From: Cyanophyceae cyanobacterium
GTDB lineage: Bacteria > Cyanobacteriota > Cyanobacteriia > Cyanobacteriales > JBHJGN01
Length of the DNA: 64,000 nucleotides
Reading direction: 5' to 3'
Assembly (NCBI GenBank): GCA_050331735.1
Contig: JBHJGN010000011.1
Location: 96,001-160,000 of the forward strand
Shown: in pieces, positions 57,888 to 64,000 of the stretch
How the letters are laid out: every line of letters starts with the position of its first letter
Position numbering within the stretch: the first letter of the stretch is position 1
Notes under the pieces: model-generated
Seen by the model: only the letters and a program-made list of their open reading frames with translations
Databases searched by the model: none
What the model was told of the DNA's origin: nothing
Position numbers and translations under genes: made by a program

Positions 57888-59369
57888 ATGACCCTTGCTG
57901 CTCCTGTTAGAACCAAGTACGAAGCAATTATTGGTCTAGAAACTCACTGCCAGCTCAACACCAAAACAAAAATTTTTAGCCCCGTCTCTACAGCATTTGG
58001 GGCCGTGCCAAACAGCAATATTTCTCCGATCTGTCTGGGCTACCCGGGAGTGCTGCCCGTTCTTAATGAGAAAGTATTAGAGTATGCCGTTAAAGCCGGA
58101 CTCGCTCTCAACTGCCAGATTGCCCCCTACAGCAAGTTTGACCGCAAACAGTATTTTTACGCCGACCTGCCTAAAAATTACCAGATTTCCCAATACGATC
58201 TGCCCATTGCTGAACACGGCTGGCTAGAAATTGAGCTAGTTCATCAGGGCGAATCGGTGCGTAAAAAGATCGGCATTACCCGCCTGCACATGGAAGAAGA
58301 TGCCGGAAAGCTCGTGCATGTCGGCTCGGATCGACTGGCGGGTTCTACTCATTCCCTCGTAGACTTCAACCGCGCCGGAGTGCCGCTACTAGAAATTGTC
58401 TCCGAACCCGACCTGCGTTCCGGCGAAGAAGCTGCCGAATACGCTCAAGAACTACGCCGCATCTTACTCTACCTCGGTATTAGCGACGGCAACATGCAGG
58501 AAGGATCTCTGCGCTGCGATGTCAATGTTTCTGTGCGTCCGGTGGGACAGCAGGAGTTTGGCGTGAAGGTGGAAATTAAGAACATGAACTCCTTTAGCGC
58601 GATTCAAAAAGCCATTGACTACGAAATTGAGCGGCAAATAGAAGCCGTGGAGAACGGCGAGCCAATTCTTCAGGAAACGCGGCTGTGGGACGAAGGCAGC
58701 CAGCGCACCATTAGTATGCGCACAAAGGAAGGATCGAGCGACTACCGCTATTTCCCCGAACCCGATCTACCGCCGATTGAGGTAAGCTCAGAACAGTTGC
58801 AGCAGTGGCAGTCGGAGTTGCCGGAACTGCCTGCTCAAAAACGCGATCGCTATGAATCCGAGTTTGGCCTGTCTGCCTACGATGCTCGCGTTCTCACCGA
58901 CGACCGCGCGGTGACAGAATACTTTGAAGCCGCCGTTACCGCTGGAGCAAATCCGAAGCAGGTAGCCAACTGGGTTACTCAGGATATCGCCGCCTATCTC
59001 AACAACAATAAGCTCGATATTACTCAAATTGCCCTCAAGCCAACCATTCTTGCTGAGTTAGTTGAGCTAATCGACAGCGGCACCATTAGCGGCAAAATTG
59101 CTAAAGATATCTTACCGGACTTGTTAACTCAAGGCGGCTCGGCTAAAGAACTCGTCGAAAGTAGAGGACTGATTCAAATTTCCGATACCGGAGAACTCGA
59201 AAAGATCGTCGATGAGGTGATTGAAGCTCATCCGGATGAAGTGAACAAGTTTCGCAACGGCAAAACTAAACTCAAAGGCTTCTTTGTCGGTCAGGTGATG
59301 AAGAAAACCAGCGGACGGGCCGATCCTAAGTTAACGAATCAGTTGATCGGCAAAAAGCTCCAGGGGTAA
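57888..59369 (+). CDS. gatB: Asp/Glu-tRNA amidotransferase subunit B
   Basis: IGLETHCQL, FDRKQYFY, HMEEDAGK, LRCDVN and DYRYFPEPDL motifs. Confidence 0.98.
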   Translation: MTLAAPVRTKYEAIIGLETHCQLNTKTKIFSPVSTAFGAVPNSNISPICLGYPGVLPVLNEKVLEYAVKAGLALNCQIAPYSKFDRKQYFYADLPKNYQISQYDLPIAEHGWLEIELVHQGESVRKKIGITRLHMEEDAGKLVHVGSDRLAGSTHSLVDFNRAGVPLLEIVSEPDLRSGEEAAEYAQELRRILLYLGISDGNMQEGSLRCDVNVSVRPVGQQEFGVKVEIKNMNSFSAIQKAIDYEIERQIEAVENGEPILQETRLWDEGSQRTISMRTKEGSSDYRYFPEPDLPPIEVSSEQLQQWQSELPELPAQKRDRYESEFGLSAYDARVLTDDRAVTEYFEAAVTAGANPKQVANWVTQDIAAYLNNNKLDITQIALKPTILAELVELIDSGTISGKIAKDILPDLLTQGGSAKELVESRGLIQISDTGELEKIVDEVIEAHPDEVNKFRNGKTKLKGFFVGQVMKKTSGRADPKLTNQLIGKKLQG

Positions 59370-59511
59370 GTCGAGCGTTGTTAACAAGACTTGGCTCTGT
59401 CCTCAGAAAATCTCCGGTTAAAGATGGTAAAGGCGAGACCTAAATTCAAAACGAGGTCTGCCTTTTAGTTGTTGAATACTACTTAAAAACCCGCCTTGAA
59501 AAGCTAGAAAA

Positions 59512-59716
59512 ATGCCCAAGAAGGAAGCTTAAATCGATGCTGAACAAGGCTGGTTTTGAGCCGATCCCCAACCGTGGGAAAGGCAGTCACGCCATCTATC
59601 AGTATCCTGGGACTACTATCAGGGTCAACCTGCCAGGAAAAGATGGAGCTGATGATACACCGTACATGCAGGCTACTAGCCACCCTCTACCAGTCGTCAA
59701 ACCAATTTTTGCTTAA
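59512..59716 (+). pseudogene. Frameshifted HicA toxin remnant, possibly fused to a HicB C-terminus
   Basis: ATG CCC AAG AAG, then a frame change to RKLKSMLNKAGFEPIPNRGKGSHAIYQYP..VNLPGKDGADDTPY (HicA GKGSH), ending HPLPVVKPIFA*. Confidence 0.75.
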
Positions 59717-59791
59717 AAGTAGCGATCGCCTCTATGAAAGAGATATCGACCTCCTGGTATAATCACCTCTACGGGTACAGGGGGGAAGAGC

Positions 59792-61114
59792 ATGGCAGAT
59801 TGGCAGGTTGTAAATAGTGGAGTCACTGCGCCCAAAGGATACCGGGCAGCAGGAATCACGGCAGGACTCAAACCCTCTGGCGCACCAGATTTAGCCCTGG
59901 TTCTGTCAGAGACAGAAGCGATCGCCGCCGGAGTCTTTACGACGACTCAAGTCCGCGCTGCCTGCGTAGACTACTGCCGTCAGCGCCTGCAAAAGAAAGC
60001 CAGCGCCCGCGCCATCCTGTGTAATGCCGGACAGGCTAACGCGGCGACGGGCGAACAGGGATGGCAAGATGCCCTCGACTCTGCCAAAGCGATCGGGCAG
60101 GAACTTAACATTTCTTCAGACCTCGTTCTGCTTGCTTCTACAGGCGTGATCGGTCAAAGAATCCGGATGGATGCACTACGACGCAGCCTGCCAACTTTAG
60201 TGGAGGCGGTGTCGATAGAAGGAGGAGAAGCCGCCGCTAGAGCAATTATGACCACCGATCTAGTTCCAAAAACCATTGCCCTAGAAACCACGATTGACGG
60301 TCGTCCAGTTCGCATCGGCGGCATGGCTAAGGGGTCAGGAATGATTCACCCCAACATGGCAACGATGCTCGCATTTATTACCTGCGATGCGGCAGTGTCT
60401 ACCTCTCTCTGGCAGCAGATGCTCAGCCGCGCTGCTGACCAAAGCTTCAACCAGATTACCGTTGATGGCGATACCAGCACCAACGATACGCTCATTGCCC
60501 TGGCCAATGGTCAATCCCGGACCGCAGCCATTACCGACAGGGGAGAGAGCGCCCAGAAACTAGAAGCGATGTTAACAGCCGTGTGTCAGCACCTGGCTAA
60601 GGCGATCGCCCGGGACGGAGAAGGAGCCACCTGCTTAATTGAGGTGCAGGTTATCGGCGCACCCGACGAAGCCTCCGCACGACGCATTGCTCGCACCATT
60701 GCCGGATCTTCTCTCGTTAAATCGGCTATTTTTGGGCGCGATCCGAACTGGGGCAGAATTGCGGCAGCGGCAGGACGAGCCGGAGTTTCCTTTCATCAGG
60801 AAAATTTGCAGATTAAGCTAGGGGATTTCCTGCTGATGGATTACGGTCAACCCCTCCCGTTCGATCGGCAAGCCGCTAGTGATTATCTTAAACACTCAGC
60901 AGTGACAACTCCAGCAGTGATTAGTACGCAACAGGCCAATGAATTACTCGAACCTTCGGGTCAACCAATGCCCGAGCAAAACAACTCGCCGCAAAGGCTA
61001 GATAACCCAGTCCTTATTAAAGTGTCAATCGGCAATGGTTCCGGTACAGGCATAGCCTGGGGCTGCGATCTCAGTTACGACTATGTAAAGATCAACGCCG
61101 AGTATACAACGTAG
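59792..61114 (+). CDS. argJ: Bifunctional glutamate N-acetyltransferase / ornithine acetyltransferase
   Basis: STGVIG, IMTTD, KGSGMIHPNMATML (autocleavage site), DGDTSTND and terminal INAEYTT. Confidence 0.97.
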   Translation: MADWQVVNSGVTAPKGYRAAGITAGLKPSGAPDLALVLSETEAIAAGVFTTTQVRAACVDYCRQRLQKKASARAILCNAGQANAATGEQGWQDALDSAKAIGQELNISSDLVLLASTGVIGQRIRMDALRRSLPTLVEAVSIEGGEAAARAIMTTDLVPKTIALETTIDGRPVRIGGMAKGSGMIHPNMATMLAFITCDAAVSTSLWQQMLSRAADQSFNQITVDGDTSTNDTLIALANGQSRTAAITDRGESAQKLEAMLTAVCQHLAKAIARDGEGATCLIEVQVIGAPDEASARRIARTIAGSSLVKSAIFGRDPNWGRIAAAAGRAGVSFHQENLQIKLGDFLLMDYGQPLPFDRQAASDYLKHSAVTTPAVISTQQANELLEPSGQPMPEQNNSPQRLDNPVLIKVSIGNGSGTGIAWGCDLSYDYVKINAEYTT

Positions 61115-61148
61115 TTAATGACCAGATATTGCTGAAAAAGTTATGGTG

Positions 61149-61985
61149 TTAACCGAAAGCAAAATCGCCTGAGTTGACAACGTCATTGGGAAAAAGCGCC
61201 AAATCGCTATTACTAGCCATTGAGTCACTCCCATCTAGCAGGGTTGAGGCAACATCTTGAAAACCCATCCCCAGTTCTGCCAGATCGACGCTCTCTTCAG
61301 AAAGTTGGGCCGAATTCATCTGCAACTGTTGAGTATTTTCTCCACCAACAATGACATCGTTTTCGCTATTGATGCCAGCAATGGGATCTGCATTATCGGT
61401 ATCAAGCCGACTATGGCTCCATTCAAAGGTATAGTCATCCCAGCCTTCGTATACATAACTGTCCTCTTCGGGTTCGGTTGCTTCTGCAACGTTGAACGCT
61501 AGTGTGTAGTCGGAGACTACGCCTGCTTGTCGAAAAACAAAAGTATATTCGCCGTTTGGTAATGCTCCCTCAAAACCAATGGCACCAAAACCATCGCCGA
61601 TATCATCTAATATATCAGTCCCAATTTGTCGCGGTTCACCGAACAGATTGTAGCCAAGTAGGTTGCCGATCTCGGTTGTCTCGCGGTTCAGCGGTTCGGT
61701 AAATTGGTCTCCTTCCTGTACGGCGACGAATGCCACATTTCGTTCAGGACTAATCGACTCTAGCACCAATGAATCTAACTGAAAACCATCAGGGATGATT
61801 ACCGTAAGATATTCTAGGTCTTCGTTGCCCGTACTCGCCGATAAAATAGTAGTTCCTGGGGATAAGAGCAGCTCTGAGGGATTCTCTGGATCGTTAGAAA
61901 TATCCCCGTCTACTGCTTCAGTGTAAGTTAGTAAAGAAAGATCGCTATCAAGGTTAGAAGAAGTTGATAAGCTCATTTGAGTCAT
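61149..61985 (-). CDS. Acidic hypothetical protein with a predicted extracellular beta-rich domain
   Basis: Likely ATG at 61985. YTEAVDGDISND, AFVAVQEG and GFEGALPNGEYTF; very D/E-rich. Confidence 0.65.
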   Translation of the reverse strand: MTQMSLSTSSNLDSDLSLLTYTEAVDGDISNDPENPSELLLSPGTTILSASTGNEDLEYLTVIIPDGFQLDSLVLESISPERNVAFVAVQEGDQFTEPLNRETTEIGNLLGYNLFGEPRQIGTDILDDIGDGFGAIGFEGALPNGEYTFVFRQAGVVSDYTLAFNVAEATEPEEDSYVYEGWDDYTFEWSHSRLDTDNADPIAGINSENDVIVGGENTQQLQMNSAQLSEESVDLAELGMGFQDVASTLLDGSDSMASNSDLALFPNDVVNSGDFAFG

Positions 61986-62677
61986 CGGTTGAACATTGCT
62001 CCGGTGGTGATTGACTTTTGAATTTTGACGGAATAAAGAAAAGTTGCTTGAGTTTTCTAGGCTTTTAAACCCTTCTAGCTCAATGCGGCTGCCATTCATT
62101 TATATTAATATTGTGATTTTTTAGTCGTTAGTTATCACAATTTAGGCTTTAAATATTGCTTAATAGTTTTAAACTACTTATTTAGATCTTTAAATCAGCA
62201 TTTTCTGTCTAGTCTATACGGCTAAAAACCGACTACAGTTGCTAGAGTCTTTAAACAAACACGCCAATACGACTGACATAGTTCTTAAACAAAGAACTTT
62301 CTTGATTTAGAAATAAAACAAGAAGACTAGCTTGTTTTTTGTGATTGAATAATTGTCTAAAACACTTTAGCCTACCATGTTCTTCTATAGAAGGTAATCT
62401 CATTGAAAAGCCTTGTCAACTATTTCCATATCAAAATACACTCAAAAATAAAAATAAGAAAATATTCATCATCTTTTCTGTAGAATTTTTAGGTTCTTTT
62501 GTGTTTTCTACAGCTAAAAGCGATCGCCTTGAGTGTGCTTAGGGTTCAAGAGGTGTCAAAGCAGCACAACACCTCCAATCCCCCCTGATCGCCTCTTGGC
62601 GATCGCAAAAGCTTATTAGGAATGCTAGACTGCTTACGCCAGGATTACTTAAATAACTGGCAGTCTGGAGTACAAAA

Positions 62678-64000
62678 GTGAAATTAGCTCAGCACCAGCG
62701 TCACTTTAAGCTGCTTAACACCCTATCGCTCTTTTTTGTTCTCTTCGGTATCTTCATTCGCCTGATTCAGTACATCGATAATCGCTCCCTCTGGGCCGAT
62801 GAAGCTAGTCTTGCTCTCAACATCATCAATCGTTCCTACGGCGAACTCCTCCAGCCCTTAGATCACAATCAAGCCGCCCCACCAGGGTTTCTCTGGGTCG
62901 AAAAGCTGGCTACTCAACTCCTGGGCGATAGCGAGTATGCATTGCGGCTGTTTCCCTTTGTCTGCGGCCTTGTCTCTCTCGTTGCCTTCTATTATTTAGC
63001 GAGGCGATACGCTGCCCCCATTGCTGCCCCCATTGCGATCGCTCTCTTTGCTAGTCTGCGCTACACCATTTATTACACTACAGAAGTTAAGCAGTACTCT
63101 AGTGACGTGATGATCGCTATTTTGCTTAGTCTGCTTCTCCTGCCACCACGTCGTCCTCACAAGCTACTGCTCGCTGTCTCAGGCTCAGTGGCCATTTGGT
63201 TTTCTCATCCGGCGGTGTTTGTGCTGGGAGGACTGGAAACAAGTACACTTTTAAGTGCTCCCCCTAAACAGCGATGGTCGCTGCTCGTTGAGCGATCGCC
63301 CGTTTATCTCGCCTGGCTGCTCAACTTTGCCCTGATGTATTTTCTCACCATCAGCGGCACCCTCAATAACGAAACGCTAGTCGATTCCTGGGCTCTCCGC
63401 TATCCTGAATCCATCTTTGATATCGTTTGGCTGCTTGACTCCTTGGGGCGCTTCTTTCATCGTCCGTTGGGCTTTGAAGCGATCGCCGATGGCGTGGCTG
63501 CCTTCGCCTTCATTCTCGGCTGCATTGCTCTCTTTAAAAAAAACCGCTCATTGCTCCTTGCTCTGACTGCGCCAATAGGGGCGACAGTCGTAGCCAGCTA
63601 TCTTCACAAATATCCCTTCCGCGATCGTCTGGTACTCTTTCTCGCGCCGTTTGCTATTCTGATTGTGGCTGAAGGTGTAAGTTGGCTGCTTCAACGGCAC
63701 ACACAACGCTGGCTCATGAGTATACTCGGCCTAGTCATTCTTGCTGTCTTACTCTTTCCTCCCCTCACTCGCGCCACTCAGCTAGCCATTCGTCCTGAAC
63801 GAGTCGCAGAGGTAAGAGCCGCAATCGAGTACGTTCAGTCTCGTCAACAACCCGGAGATACTTTTTACGTCTACTACGGCAGCATGAACCAGTTTCTCTA
63901 CTACGCGCCCAAGTATGGGTATCAGGACGGAGACTATATTTTAGGCATTCACGAAATCCCGGAGGAGGGGGAAGCGGCTGGGAAGAAATGGCAGAAATAC
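62678..64000 (+). CDS. GT-C fold glycosyltransferase (GT39/ArnT-like), 3'-partial
   Basis: GTG at 62678: ..IRLIQYIDNRSLWADEASLALNI..QAAPPGFL..LRLFP..EVKQYSSD. Runs off the window edge, so it is absent from the ORF track. Confidence 0.85.
   Translation, partial: MKLAQHQRHFKLLNTLSLFFVLFGIFIRLIQYIDNRSLWADEASLALNIINRSYGELLQPLDHNQAAPPGFLWVEKLATQLLGDSEYALRLFPFVCGLVSLVAFYYLARRYAAPIAAPIAIALFASLRYTIYYTTEVKQYSSDVMIAILLSLLLLPPRRPHKLLLAVSGSVAIWFSHPAVFVLGGLETSTLLSAPPKQRWSLLVERSPVYLAWLLNFALMYFLTISGTLNNETLVDSWALRYPESIFDIVWLLDSLGRFFHRPLGFEAIADGVAAFAFILGCIALFKKNRSLLLALTAPIGATVVASYLHKYPFRDRLVLFLAPFAILIVAEGVSWLLQRHTQRWLMSILGLVILAVLLFPPLTRATQLAIRPERVAEVRAAIEYVQSRQQPGDTFYVYYGSMNQFLYYAPKYGYQDGDYILGIHEIPEEGEAAGKKWQKY

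Noticed and set aside
114..62542. Numerous 60-170-aa ORF-track entries antisense to or nested in long genes
   Set aside because: They are shadow ORFs of well-supported CDSs with no recognisable motifs.
1..64000. Frequent GCGATCGC octamers (including a tandem pair at 54584-54599)
   Set aside because: This is the well-known cyanobacterial HIP1 sequence. It is useful for taxonomy but not novel.

Overview
This is a chromosomal window from a cyanobacterium, judged from the abundant HIP1 octamer GCGATCGC, the Uma2 and pentapeptide genes, an OCP N-terminal-domain gene and a slr0197/ComA-type PLD. Most of it is housekeeping and envelope genes: Wzc-like, WecB/TagA GT, hemH-like, NifS, an RND pump, hpnH, GH31, dapA, moeB, glmU, plsC, gatB and argJ. 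No rRNA, tRNA or CRISPR array was seen. The most notable signals are: (1) a ~420-bp non-autonomous IS200/IS605-type element at 47639-48059 with both hairpin ends and a long, highly structured omegaRNA-like tract but no transposase or TnpB; (2) a same-strand run of HEAT/TPR membrane protein, TRAFAC-like GTPase-TPR, giant membrane-anchored pentapeptide protein and exported CHAT protease at 8872-16803; (3) a 26-nt-period micro-array of sequence-variable 13-nt hairpins between constant linkers at 8768-8840; (4) a URC1-URC4-upp uracil-catabolism operon; (5) a Wzc with Gln in place of the Walker-A Lys, followed by a GT carrying two MshEN-like modules; (6) a FAAL/GT-C/GT4 divergon. Several decayed genes are also present (hicA-hicB remnant, phzF, Uma2, DUF3303). 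All calls come from reading motifs by eye; no database searches or folding programs were run.
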